64,000 nucleotides of DNA from Anthoceros angustus (Eukaryota > Plantae > Anthocerotophyta): assembly GCA_010909165.1 (NCBI GenBank), contig VJWM01000197.1:186001-250000 (forward strand), in the 5' to 3' direction. Below the pieces are notes generated by a model. It saw only the letters and a program-made list of their open reading frames with translations. It did no database searches and had not been told where the DNA came from. The number at the start of each line of letters is the position of its first letter. Within the stretch, counting starts at the first letter, position 1. A program made the translations under genes and the position numbers. Positions 47,225 to 61,468 of the stretch are shown here, piece after piece.

Positions 47225-50200
47225 ATGACCGACGCGGAAGCAGCAGGAGCAGGAGCAGGAGCCGGAGCCGGCGATGCTGCGGGCCCGCCCACCCTTCTCT
47301 TCTCCACCGACGTACCCAACAACGTGCTGCACCTGGACAACGTAATTGTGAACGAGTTTCATGTGTTGCGTAGATTCCGCTTGATCAGGTGAGGTCGAGA
47401 ATTCCTCTCCCTGCGCTTGTCCAGGCATTGTGCAATTCGTGCTGAGGCCACCTCAGCTTTGGTCTGCCGTGAATTTTGCCTGAGCTTGACGTCTTCCACA
47501 AGGCGGCAGCAGCCTTCTCTGCTTCAGCTCCACATGCTCCTGTAGCTGGGAAGGCAAGGCAATGGGCCTTGGCTAAGGCTGAGTTTTGCTTCCTCTTGTG
47601 TGCTCGCAGTCTGTGCGATGAGCCTCTGCTAGTCACCCTCGACAGTAGTCTGGGCTCTCAGCTGGGCTTCCAGCTCAACAATGAGAATCTGACCGGTTCA
47701 GACGAAGGCAGCGAAGATGCACACAATGTCGCCAATTTCCTGGCGGATGACTTCAATGAGGTATTTGATTCTTGTTATTTTAGTTTACAGGTGGCAATTG
47801 AAGCAAATCAGACGCAGAATGGTGCTCTCAACCGCTCCTTGATGCATGTGCCTCTCAGCTTTTCAATACGGTGAACCTTGTGAATCAAGTTGTTCTCCAA
47901 CCAAGGCAGGTTCAGCAAGTCATCCTGACGTTCTGGCCCTTGGACTGTGCCAAAGAGGTGGCTGGGAATGCGAATCAGGCAGAGGATGCAGACTCTTTGC
48001 AGCGTCTACCTCACGAGGTATGTTGGGGGCCAGCGAGCGGTTCTGGAACACGGCCCCTGTCGTGAGTGGCTTGTTTAGCAGTTTTAAGATGCTTACAGAT
48101 CATGGCGTTTTGCAGATGCTTGATTTCAAGTTTGCTACTGAGGACCCCAAGCATGGGTTTCCAGGCGTCAACCAGAATTTTGTCGTTAATGGCAAGCTCT
48201 TTCTGTCTGCCACTGGACTCAGCTCTACCAGCAGTGCTGCCTGTGGTGGATGTCGTCAAGACATTGTTGTTCGCTTCTCTGCATCCGTTTGTAGATCCCT
48301 GCTGAGGACAGATGTGGCAGATATTGTTTTTAGTGACTGCGTTCCTGGTGGAGTGTTTGTTAAGGATTTCAGCATTTGGAACCTGTCAGAGATCCCCTGT
48401 TCGTTTCAGCTCCATGTGAAGAATGTCAAGTTTGAACTGCCGGTATTAGATTCTTCCTTGTGAATTAATGCGCTCAATAAATTGTGCATGACACGTGTCG
48501 TTTATTGACCAGCGTGTTGATTTCTTGCAGAATTTGGATCTAACGGACTACGATACAGGTCTACCTGTGACTGGTGGTGAGATAAAGAGCTGTGCACATA
48601 GGCGAATTCGTGTTACTTTCAAGCCTAGAGACGTGGGCGATTTTGTGTACATGATCCATCTTGAAAACAACTACGATGGAAGAAACTCTATCTCCATCCC
48701 TGTGCAGTGTTTGGTAAGGCATGGGAATCTTATGTTATCTTCAGTTTATGCTAATTGAGTTTTTTTTTCTGGTAAAGTTTATCTAAACTTTCTGCGAAAC
48801 AGGTGAGCGCCGAACATCGTCAAGAAGGAATTTTGGTAACAGGTGTTGGGGAAGATGGTGTGCTGGACTTTGGTGACTGCTATGCAGAGAATGGCACTTT
48901 TCAGATGTTGACTCTGAGGAACATCACCCAGGAGGTAAGGTACACGGCAAGGTATTCCCCATTTTGGATCAACGAGTCATTGATATCTGACTGATCTGTG
49001 GTCATGTTTTGTGCAGGCTTTAGTTGTGGGTCTTGGTGGTACAGATCATGCACCCGGTGATCATATTGCTTTCTATTTGCAAGCGGATATGGATATTTCT
49101 GCTGCATCTTCAAAATTTGCACATCCTGCAAGTTCTGTACAAGATGCTCTCGTAAGTGAACTAAGAACAGATCAATGTTGTCCTTGTCACGTCTCAGATC
49201 CAAATACTTGCTAAGGCTATTAAAGGCTGATGACGTGCTTGAATGCCCAGGGCAAGTCTTTGGATTCCCAGAGTCTGGACAAGATGAACCGGCTCGAGGA
49301 GATCCTTCTAGAGAGGGGCGAGGAGAAAAACATATTGGTCTGGCTTTATCCCACTGGTGCAGAAGATGATACCAAAGCAGTGAAGCTTCAGAGGCGAAGT
49401 TATCGAATATCCCTGAAGTGTGCTGAAAAAAGAGGGTATACCAACTACAGCAAGCAGGGATTTTCCAAGATTATTCAGGTCAAGAAAAACTCTTGTTTTG
49501 TGTGAGGTGCGGTTAATATGTTTGTTTCCCCTTCATCGACATTGCCAAGACCCCTATTTGTGCTCAGCTGCTGGGATTGTTCTTCTAACCTCACCCCCTT
49601 TGTATTGTCTATCAGTGCAAGGCTCGAGTATGTACCTCAATGATAAAGCTCTCAACATCAGAGCTGAACCTCGGTGATTGCAATGTGGGGTCTTCAAAGT
49701 CAGCAGCGGTAGAAGTCCAAAATTTGTCTGATCTCCCTGCTCTCATCTCAGCTCATGTGACATCAACAATTCTGAGCTTCAAATCCAAGGCAGACTGCAT
49801 CTCATTACTTCCCCGTGAAGCCTTCAGACTCGATATGGAGATTGTCCCCTTGAAGATCAATGTGAAATATCGAAAGCAGGTCAGAATCGATAATCTTCTC
49901 AACAAGGGGAACCAGCAGTTCCTGGAAATCAGGGCAAAAATTATGGATCGGCATCATGTTCTTCTTCACTCACTCTACTACAAGCTTCAAACACCTTCTA
50001 TGAACAATTTACTCAGTTTTGGCAGGTTGTTAAGAGTATGCAGTGTCCAGTGAATGTCCTGTATGTTGCTAAAGTACATTGGCCTCTCTTGATTCGACAA
50101 TAGGATCTTCTGATTCTACGGGTGGCTGGTTGAATGCTTGTATCTGACAAGTGTGCTTCATGATCGCAGGGTAATCCTAAACAATCCAAGTGTCAGGATT

Positions 50201-53200
50201 CTGGCTATAGAGAATGTCACGGACAAGGACCTTGTGCTGGAGTTTAGCACATCAATGCCTGGAGAACTAGAGTTTTTTGAGTTAAAGGATGAGGAGGTCA
50301 TCCCAGAGCGTAGAGAACAAGAGTATGCTGATATTGCAAACCTCAGTGACTCTAGTGAGGAGGACCTCCATGAAAGGAGAAGGTACAGCGATGAATATGT
50401 GGAGTTTCTTGCCAGATAGGAGTTTGGCACTCTGTGTTGGAGGCTTGTGTTCAGTAAATGCAATTTTATCTGTTGGGTCCTTGTTGTTATGCAGAGCGTT
50501 TGCAGCATCAATGACAAAGGAGAAACTTCTTGAAAGTCTAGAAGGATCACAGCCTCGATTGAGTAAGTCTGTGATTAGTTCCACTCCTTTTCTTGCGCAA
50601 CAGGATGGTCAACCTACTACTCCACCCCATACTCCATCGAAGTCGGAGAAGAAACCTCATAACAGGTTTTGAACCTTTGCTCTAACCGACCTGGCTAAGC
50701 GGATGACATGATAGTTCTAGTTTTTTATCTTTCATCAATATGATTCGCGAGAGACGTAGTCATGAGGTGCTCATCATGCAGGTTTTCGTTTGATCTGACA
50801 CATGAGGGCAATCCCGAATATGATGGACTTCGTACAAATGTCAGTGGGTCCACAGTGAGGAGTCCTGATTTGCACATTGACTCTGTTGCCCATGGGAAGC
50901 CACTCAGTACTCCTCGAGAAACCCACGTCCCTGGTCTTGGTTCTATGAAAAGAGTGCAAAGTAGTGCTATGTTGTTGGAAGGAAAAGAGGAGCAGGCAGA
51001 AGATCTGTTGGATGATATTTCTCATGAAGGGTATGCAGAGGTGATCAAACGTTTCTCAGAAATGGCGGTGTCAGCATGTTCATTCCCTGAGGATGAGGAG
51101 GCGAAAAAGGTTAGAAGAACCAAAATGCTTGCAGTTAATTTTATGCGGCTTCTCGTTTCGTTTGGACAAAGTCTGTGTACTTGGGATTGATTAGACTGTG
51201 CCATAAGAATTGCATTTAGGTTGGTCAGTGTATTCACTGGAGGTAATCCTTCATAGATATTATGGCGTTGCACAGTTTGTGGACAGGCAAATTAAAGACC
51301 GTGAGCTTATCATGTGTCTGCTGGAGGATGAACCTCGTAGATTGAGCTCAGTCGAGAGACTTCAACTGCATCCTGGAGAGAAAAAAGCCTTGTATGTCTT
51401 TATATTGATGGACAGCCAGGTCTATCCATCTTTCCAAGGGCGCTTGCAAAAACTGGCTGCAAAGGTGCGTTTGGTGGTCTTCTGTGCATCTAAATCTGGT
51501 TTTGAATTGAAACCTACTTCCAAGGTTAATGAGTTGGAGGGTTTGGAACTGCGTTGCTATAATCAAGAGGAGGAAGATTTATATAGTTTGAATGACTTGC
51601 AGGTAAATATCCGGTTATTGGAGTATGATAAACGTCTCCAGGATCAGTGGGAGCCTGGTATGGTTGCGTCTGGACTAGTTGATCAAATTCCTGCTCGAGA
51701 GTTGCCTGTGCATATCAAGGTGGGTCAGTTTGTGCCCTTAGCTGAATGCTGAACAGCATGTGTGAAAAGAACCTTAGCCTCGTCTTACACTTGTTACACT
51801 TGGAGCATTCCACCAGATAGATCGTGCATTCCACCAGATAGATTGTGCAATATGTGTTCATCATCACATTGATTCCGCTGTTTCTTGTGCTGTAGGTCTG
51901 CCGTGCTGTGCTCTCACTTGCACAAAAGAACATAAACTTTGGGAAAATGTTCACCAATGAGCATCGAGCCAAAACGCTTGTTCTCAACAATAACTCAGAT
52001 CTGCCCCTGTTGTACAAAATCAAGAAAACTGGTATGGCTAATTTGGATTATCCATTTTGTAGGTGCAGCAGTGTACAAACATGTCACTTTCTAGATGGGT
52101 ATCATGTATCGCGTATCCGGCCCAAAGTGGAGGTGCTAAATGTTTTCTGCCCTTCTGTTGATAGGTTCAATAGCTTCTGGCGATCTCCATATCATTGATG
52201 GTCGGTTGGGTATCTTACTACCTCACTGTAGTCAGGAAGTCAATTTTGTGTTCCAGCCATCATTGCGTGGTTCCTTCAAGGAGACACTCACTGTAACCAA
52301 TGTTTATGACCCAAGCAATGACCAGGTTGTAACATTGAAAGCAACTATCAGCCGAGCTGACACCTTCTGGATAAGTACTGCGAAAATCGACTTTGGGAAC
52401 ATTGCTGCAGGTGAATGGTGCAACATGCAAAGGATTATCATTCGCAATACCAGCAAGCAAACTCGGACATTCATGTTAAGAGATGCCAACTATGCTGAAC
52501 GAAGTGATCTGAGGCATAGGTTGCGGTCGGAGCAAGAAATCTGCATAGGATTTGTTGTGGAGCCGAAGGAAGTTTTATCTCGAGCAGTGCTCCAACCTGA
52601 CCAGGAGGCAATAGAAGCCTTGAAAAGGAAAATCCTTGCTTTTGAACGGAAAGGCAAAGGGGAAAAAGCTGCAAAACTTTGGAGACAGATCTATGAGTTA
52701 AATGCAAAAGCTGGTGCAATGGGTGGTTGTTCTAAGGGAACAGATCCTGGCACTTATCCTGAGCCCCAGCACGATGAGACTCTATCTAAACAGGTTGAAG
52801 CAGGGATAGGGGCTAAGGCACTTAGTTTGCCACTCAAGGGGTGGAATGGCTGCATCAACTTCACGTTGAAAGGTGGAGAAACACAGGTCAGACTGCAGCA
52901 TGAGAAGGTCACCTGAATCCAGCTTCACATTCTCTGTGATATACATTTCTAATGTTTTGCTTGTGGACTGTAGGCTGTCCTAGTTTCTTGCTTTGTAGCT
53001 GTGTCATTGGCTTCTGATCAGGCCCGAAGAATCCAGGGGGCCTTTCTTGCTTATGAAGGCAAAGATCAGGTAACCAAATTGTGCTCATCATAAATCCTGC
53101 ATGGATGTGATTGGTGGCTGGGCATGAGTGGTGCATCTCTGTCATTGGCTTACATTATAACAAGGCAACTGACGACTGATGTTGATCTGATGAATGCAGG

Positions 53201-56200
53201 ATGCTGTAAAACAGGTTCAGTACGAGGCCTCTGTATGCCCTGAGGATGTTTCAATTGGGACTGTGTTCCCCGTGTTGTCTAAAACAGATCTTGCGAATCT
53301 CCCCAAAGTGAGTAGTGTCCCTGTTTCTCGGATCTGGGGTGTTGATGGGCTCACTGACCTGCCATATGTCTTTTGTTGTTGAAGCACAATATCTGATCAG
53401 AGTTGGATTGGTCTCGTGGTCAGCTGGATCTCTCATTGGTTGAAAAGTCATCGTCCTACCTGCTATCTCCAAGTTTGTCTCCTGAAAGCTCTGGATCAGC
53501 AAATGCTTTTGTGGATGAAACGCCTAGACATCAGGAGTTGGAGACACTTGACTTGCACTCGTCAGTCCCCGCTTCAAATGAGATGCCCCTTGCATCAGGA
53601 GTTAATAGTATCCCATTGCAAGCAGGTATGTGGAGATCACGAGATATACTAACGAACTGGGGAATACATCCTCCTCCAGATCCTCCCACATCTGTTGACA
53701 GCGAATTTGACCAGACTGGTGTCAGTGAAGTAAGCAGCAATAGACCCAGTCGACATGGCAGCTATGACAGTCTTTATCCATTTGAACCATTGCTAAGAGT
53801 TGAGCCTTTTCGGTCAGCCCGCAATCAAGCAGGCATTTACTCTGATATAAGTATTGCACTGGCTGGTAGTTCAATGGATGTCTCTTCAGCGGCTGAGTTA
53901 GCCAGAAGTTTATTCTCAATCCAACCTGACCATGAAGACCTGCAACCCAATGATGTGGGTTTCGGGTTAGCTTTGCATGATACTGCTGATCATGATGGAT
54001 TTGAAGCATCATTTTTGCTGAGGTCAAATACCGCTCAAGACATTTGGGTTCAACTCTGTCTTGAGTGGGGGAAAGCAGCTCCAGAATTAGAGTTGTGGGT
54101 TGAAGAGACTGGGAATGACATAGCTGATACACGTGTAGACTGGGTGAATGATTCTTTTGCCCCTGGAAATTTATCTGATCTGTCAGTGTGGCAGTCGATG
54201 GAAACAACTCGTCACCAGCTGCCCTGTAGTTACATGGATAGTGAAGATAGTTCTGGAACAGTATTGGTGGCTTCCACTTGTATTAGAAGTGGCACTGTGG
54301 TAAGGGTGCAACTATATCTTTCAGATCAATCATTGGAACTACTATCTCATTACGATCATGTTTCGTCTGATGGACAGCCTGGATTGGGTTTGGAGAAAGT
54401 GACTGGCTTTCTGACGATTAAGAGTTACCCTTCTGCTGAAATTCGAGAGCAGATTTCTGTGTTCATGGGCAGACTGGACAGGGCTATTAAAGTTGTGCCC
54501 TCTAAATTGGTATTTCCAGAGTCAGATATCACATCAATCCTTCAAGGAGATGTGACAATCAAGAATAGGACAGGGAAAACCATTCAGTATATGGTAAAGG
54601 TCGTTGGCACTCGGCCTAGTGCATCTCCTGAGTCTCCACCGATAGATCAGCAGTGTCCTGATGTAATTGTTCAGGTAGAACCTGCAGCAGGTGAGATCAA
54701 AGCCTTTGGACTCGTGGTAATCAAACTCACTTGCCAACCAACAAAGCCTGGGAAGCAGACTTGTAATCTGCAGGTCAAGAGCTCACAGTGCTATGATCAC
54801 ACTCAATTGAGCATCACAATGTCATCTTACAGGTCGCATTCTCTGCACTTACCTGACCTCCCAGAAGGAGGTACATTGGATATGGGTTTCTGCTACATGA
54901 ATGCTCCAGGAGGCATGGAAGGGGTACCATTCCGGCTTGAAAATGTGCTAGCAAGTCCTCTGTCATTGGTTTTCAAGTCAAATTTGGCAAAGCAGGTGTA
55001 CATATCATCAGATCCACTTGGCACCCAGCGTATAGATGACCTTGACTTGAGTCCAAACGAATGTCGGACTGTCTATATGTGTCTGCGACCAGGTGGTGAT
55101 GCAGCAGCGTATGAGAACGGCCAATGTCGAGAAATTATTGGAGGGATGAGAATAACTGTCCGGCCATCTACATTAGGACCCATTCATGTCACTGCAAGTG
55201 GAGGTAGTGGTCAAGAATTCAAAAGTGACGAGATCATGGTTAAATTCCGTGCTGTTGTTGGGTGGAGTCTGCTGCAGCTCTCTGTTGCAGTTATAGATCT
55301 TGGCCGAGTGGAAGAAATCGGAGGATCTATTTCAGGAAGTTTTGTGGTGATGAACCCAAGCAGTCAAATGCCATTGCAGGTCTCAATCTCTTCTCAACAG
55401 GCTTCGCTTTCTGTGTCTGGAGGACTGCTTCTTGGTAGGGAAGTAGCTAAAGCACAAGGAGGTGATGCCAAGGCTGATATGATTGTGGAATATTCCTTTC
55501 CTGTGAGAAAATATGGGCTTAATGAAGATAGATTTTATATCCGCAATCTGTCTTGCTCTGGCCATGATGCGGAACTGTTGTTGCGACTATTTGCCTCAAA
55601 TGGGGCTATTGAGGCCACTGTGAAGCCCCCGTTGCCCCATTTGCAGCCTGCGGACTGCAAGCCTTTGAACACTGTCGTAGAAGACTGGGACGCCGCTGTT
55701 GTGGGCCCTGATGATACATTGAGCTCGGTGACGGCTAACGTTAATGGTGGACCATGGATAGCAGGGGCGCTTGAAAGGCCAGCCTCATGTGTGAGAGGAA
55801 GGCTAAGGAAAGCCTTATCTACAGGTGAATTTCTTTCTGGGGCGAGTAGAGTTGCTGAGGGCAATGGAGGAACTAGAACAGGGGAAAATGCCAATAGGAT
55901 CCCCTATATGAGAACAATTGATTTTCAGGACAATCTTTGCCTTGACTTGGGGATCATCTTCGTATCAGAAGATCATTCTTGCAGAATTCCTGGGCCTGGT
56001 TTGATGGAAGATCACAATGACATTTTTCATGTCACTGATATGCGCCCATATCATTGTTCATGCATGATCACAAACTACACAAGAAATCTTGTGCTGTTGC
56101 AGCCCCTGAGTGACATGCCTTTGGTTGTGCATCGACTATCAGAATTGAACACAACTTCTGTGCGGCCTTCGTATTTGGAAGATGAAACGCCCGCCCCTGT

Positions 56201-59200
56201 TACAGAGTGTGTCATGGAGGACAATGACCACCTGGGAAAGGCCCCTATGGCAGAACGCACTTGTCAGTCTGCATCTAGCTTCACTCCTTGTGGACATCCA
56301 TTTGCACTCCAACCAAATAGTTCTATCATCCTAGCAGTCAGCTTCACAAGGATTGGGAGCTCGATCTCTCCAAATATGTCTTACTTAACATCGGGAACTT
56401 TGTGTGCCTTCAGTGGTCTCCTTGCATTCCAGAGAATCTCTGAAGGAATTGACGGTGATCACGATGTGTCTTCTGGGACACTGGGAGATATATGTGCAGA
56501 TACCTCAGGTATTGGACCAGAGATAGCGGAGGTGCTGACTGTAAAGGGATTCATCTGTTTGTCAAAGGGAAAGATTCTGAATGAGTATATTGACCTCGGA
56601 AAAGTTGGGTATGCAAATGGATGGGACAACGTGAAATTTAATGTTGACATAGAAAACATAAGTGATGCTGAGCTGATTTACCAAATCCAGCATGCACCTG
56701 ATTGCTTCATGATTCGTGCAAGGGATGTAGAACATGACATGCAGGCTGGACATACGCTGCCTCCCAGAAGTGTAGGGACAATTGAGGTAACCCTTCTTAC
56801 TTCAAAGCTAGAACAACTGAAGGGCGAAGGTCCACGTTCTTGGCAAATAAGGCTGCTGAACTGCAATAATCCCCACAACTTGATGGAAGTTGTCATTGAA
56901 GCAGAAATGACAGTCCGAACTCTACAGTTTGGAGGTCTGACACAGTCAGTTCTGGTTTTACCTCCTCTCACTGTCCCAGCTTCCCCAAATGTGGCACAAA
57001 GTGTAAATCAGTTTACGGTGAGATTGTTTACTGTATGTATGAAAGGTGATTTGCAGTTCTATGCAGTAGTCTGCTAGACATAGTATTGAATAAGAGGTGT
57101 GCTGGCCCAGGACCCTGAGCTATTTATGTTTTACCTCTTGGCCAGGTGGAGAATTTGTCACATGAGCTTTTAGGCGTAGCACTTGAGCTGCATCAAGTCG
57201 AGGAGACTGAGTCACTGGTATAGTCACTGAGTCACTGAGTCTCTTGTACAGACCTGATTGCTCAAAAGGATGATGGTTGAGGTAGCACAAAGACTTGCAT
57301 GTCACAATACGCCTTTTGCTATGCATGCTGATAATCCCAGATCTTTTTCCTTGAGAGTTGATGTAGAATATCACCAATTGTAGTGAGACCAGTACTGAAC
57401 TAGTTGAAACATGTGCACACCGCAGGTCACATTTGAGGTCTTTCTTTCGAGTACATCCACGTCTGTGGAGGAAGTCAGACTAGGACCTGGAGAGAGGATA
57501 GATCTCCGAGTATGTGCACGCCCCACTTCTGATACAATTCCAGCTAGGTTTCTAGGACAAGATCAAAGGATATGTGGGGACAGCAAGCAAATAGGGTCTC
57601 AAAGGAGTTCGCACGCTGTCGATGGACAACAAAGGCCATTGGAAGACTCATCGGAGGTAGCATCCACCTTCAGGTATGAAAATGGGAAAGCCAGTGCAAG
57701 CAAAGGTGCAGAAGCAGCGGAAGAAAGCTGTGCTGAGCTAGTAGGTACCTTTTGTCTAGGGCACCTCTATCTTCACTCATCTCCACACGGTCCAGACTGT
57801 ATCCCGATCCACGGAGCACTCATACAGGGTCCACTATTCGATGTTTTGCCTCAGACTCTTTCAATTCAGGTAATACTTGCAATGTCACTTGCATCTTAGT
57901 TGAAGCACTAGTGTGTGTTAAGCAGGATAATTGTATTTCCATGTTTCTCTGTTCAGTGTGTGCCAAGTCATGGAATCTCTGACCTCAGGACATGTCGTGT
58001 TTGTTTGTCTAGTCACGGTTATCAGAAGATGGAATCGTCACGCCTGAGAGGACGTCTTCTCTGGGAAAGCGGGAGTTTTGGCAGAATGTTTCCATCTCGT
58101 CTGACACCCTTGTTGTGCGGAATCTTCGGTCATTTGATTCTTTCCACTTCAGGGTTGTAGCAGAACTATCTCCCATGAGTTATGGTAAATCGAATGGTGA
58201 ACGGCTTGCTCTTGAAAGCTCAGGTGGGGATGTATTTTCTTATTTATACTTGGAACCTATGAGTGGCTGTATTGCTCCACATGGAAGCCTGGAGATAATG
58301 GTCAAGCCAATACCTTGGTCAGTTGAAGATCTTCTAGCATTTATGGACAGAAAAGCAGGCCCTGAATTCATCACTGCTACAATTCATGTCCAGGAGATGG
58401 ATGAGGATGGTTCCCAGGGTGGCAATCAGAGTGTATTAGTAACAATCAGGCCACCTCAGGATGTGCTCCTATCTAAGGAGTTGTTGATTCAAAGGCCACT
58501 TCTGTTAAGTAGCGATCATGATGAGGCTGCATCTGAGGAGTCAGTGAGACCAGGAAAGGCTCAACAACTACCTGTACTAGGCCTTCGAGGTTGTACCCCT
58601 GTCAGTGGGAGTCCCCAGTGCTATGACTTCAACTTGGGGCAGCAAAATGTGTCATCTGGTGGTAGAGTTCAATGGGATCTCACACTCATAGGAGATGAAG
58701 AGTTGTCCCTGCACTACATCCTGTCCACGGTCAGTGAGAGCGATTCAAAGTGGCTGAGCATCAGCAATTGTGTGGGATCTGTGGAACCCAGCGAGCATAA
58801 GATAATCCAGTTATCCTTCTCAACCAAGGCAATGGGTAAACATCTTGGCTTTCCTAGCACGCGTTTGCTAAAGAGCCAGAATGTAAGTCTCAGCTGCCCT
58901 GATGATGGCTTTTTTCAGGTGTCTACTCTACGTACCTGGTGGTTGAAAATGTGGAAAACCCAGCTGATCTGAAGATGGTCCATCTTAGTCTCGAAGTCGT
59001 TTCAGCACGAAATGCCAGACCCGATGCACAGTCTCTGACCTTCTTCCATGTCCTGGTTGAGGGTGACAGGTATGCAATGAGCCTTCCTAATAGATTTGTC
59101 CAAATGGTGCAGTAAGGCTTTCCTCATCTGAGACTTCCTTTCTTGGCTGATCTGCAGGACAGAAGGGAAACCTATAGACATGGGTGAAGTTTACTATAAT

Positions 59201-61468
59201 TTCTGGTATCGGAATCGTTCTTTTGTGATCGTGAATGAGGCTCCAGTAGCGATGGAGTTTTTGCTCTCATCAAGCATGGATCACAATAAGTCCATTGAGT
59301 TGAATTTCTCTCTTGATAACACCTCCCTAAAGCGGTTCAGCTCCTTAACGATAGATCCAAAGAGCAGGTGAGCTGTAAGTATTATTTACGAGATGTATAT
59401 ACTAGTAATTTGGGAAACTAGGATCTCATAACTTCAGGTAATTATGATAACTGTGTTAACATGCGATGCCTTGCAGTGTGAGAGTATGGATCCACTTCTG
59501 GCCTGGAGTATTTAAAGGGCAGTCCATTGGGGACCTGTGTGATGATAGATCTGCCATGATCTTTGTGAACTGCCGCCTTGTGAAGGTTTGTATCTTGCAA
59601 CAATGAAATGCAGGCTCTTGAACACGTCATGTGTGCAGCAGGCAACATTACCGCAATGGTGATGGCAAAATGCTGATTTCGTCATTGTTTTGATCTGGCA
59701 GGATTACCAGAGGTGCATCCCATTCCATGCAAGTTGCCGATATCCACAGATAGGCATTTCTGCAACGGATTTGGTGTTCTCAATATCACAACTTACACAA
59801 TCTCAATCAGCGGTTGTCAATATTCCTGATGATGATAATGAAGTTGATGTCACACTTGCTACTGGAAGGGATGGGGGTTACTTTGGAGGTCATATTGCAG
59901 TGCACAACGAAATGGATGCTGTTGGACCGACTGATGCCGAGCAGCTTCCTACTGACCGTCTGTTGTCTGCAAAAGGTCGTGTGCAATCAGATAAGCATAT
60001 AACGGAGGGGTCAGCATATTCGTATTCTGAACTGGAGAGGGGTGAAAGTCTTGAACTGCTACCCCTTGTCCAGACCATAAAACTGAGCAACCTGTACCTG
60101 CACCGGCCGTTAAATTATGCTGTAAAGAATGACTCTCTGTTTTTCGAAACAAAGTTTCCAGAACCTCAAGAGGTGCCTGTATGTTCGGGGGAGCCTTCTG
60201 ACTACTCACAGGCATCGAATGGAGCTATCAATGAGTGCAAGGGCTTCCATCTGGTGTTTGTCAGACCAATTGCAGATAACCTGCAAGCACACCGCGAGAT
60301 GATATTGAAGCAGAAGTATGTCGAGGAGCATGTAACCATATACAATCGCACACACCCAAGGGAGAAGTACACTGTGAGCCTTCGAATCACAGCTGGTCAT
60401 CTTCGGAACTTCTTTGCTGCATTAGGGTAAGGCGGTGTCTTCAGCATGACAGCTCTTGTTCAAGCTGTCAAAGTCTCTCTAACTGTGTAGAGAGTGAGAT
60501 GATGCTGAGTTTCAAGTCTTGTGGCGTTGCAGGTCAAGGAATTCTTATCCCTTTCGACGTCTTGAGCTTGGGATCACAGGCTTTCTGAGTAGCTTTTATT
60601 GTCTTACCAGCAGTCTCCTGGATGGGATTCAAGAGCTATCAGCTCACGAGTCACAGGCTGCTGCCTCTGAGACGATTCCAGTTGTGAGCAGTTCTTTAGG
60701 AATGAAAGAAACCAGGTCTTCGGCTTTGTATAATTTGAACGTAGTCAAGTGGATCGAGACACGAGTTAGTTCCTTCCGTGTATCTGAGAAGGCTGTGAAG
60801 GATTTCAAGGATTTGTTCTTTGATTTCCAGTATCTAACAGGTACCTGAACTTCACCTTACTCGCAGTAGGAACGCTGGAGGCTTGCCATTCGCATTCTTA
60901 ATAACGTTCTAAAAACTGCCTGTTACTGGACAGATGAGCTCGTCTTCTACAGCCTCAAGGAGCGGTGGAGCCGAGGGAGTGGAACTCTGGAGCTTGCTGC
61001 TGTGCAACTCGCAAAACTGTTATATTGCACTTTCTATCGATCGCAGGTTAGTCTTACACCGTCAAATATGTGTCTACATTGTTAGACTGCTGTTGCATGT
61101 TCTGGAGACAGTAGCTACTACTTGCGTTCAGCGCGTTCTATTTACCGAAAATCGACTGTAGTTTGGCCGTTAATCTGACTTTGCTGTGTGGTTCGTGCTA
61201 TTATCAGTTGGTCCAGCTGTGTGTGGACACATGTCGATCTGTGGTTTCTTGGAAGAGCTGCCCTCTTGAAGGGTTTGATACAACTGATCCAAGACCTGCC
61301 ATCTCGAAAGCAGATGCGCAGCTGCTTTGTAGAAACTCTCTGCAGTTTCTCACGGACTGGACAGGTCAGCTCCGTCATTTCCTTTCCTACTTCCCTGACA
61401 GCAGGGATGATCTGCTTCCGTTAAGGCAACTTCACCAGAGAATTGAGGGTGTCATGTCTATCTTGTGA
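47225..61468 (+). CDS. Giant uncharacterised protein (~3,500 aa, ~26 exons, estimated) with repeated Ig-like/ASH(PapD)-like modules
   Basis: ORF segments join in frame across GT-AG introns, from MTDAEAAG to WTGQLRHFLSYFP...QRIEGVMSIL*. Recurrent module signature (F/L)G.(C/V)...(I/V).N.S..P; includes one ~3.6 kb exon (~53385-57018). Confidence 0.85.

Noticed and set aside
51805-51850. 22-bp tandem duplication in an intron of the giant gene
   Set aside because: Ordinary local slippage duplication with no further structure.
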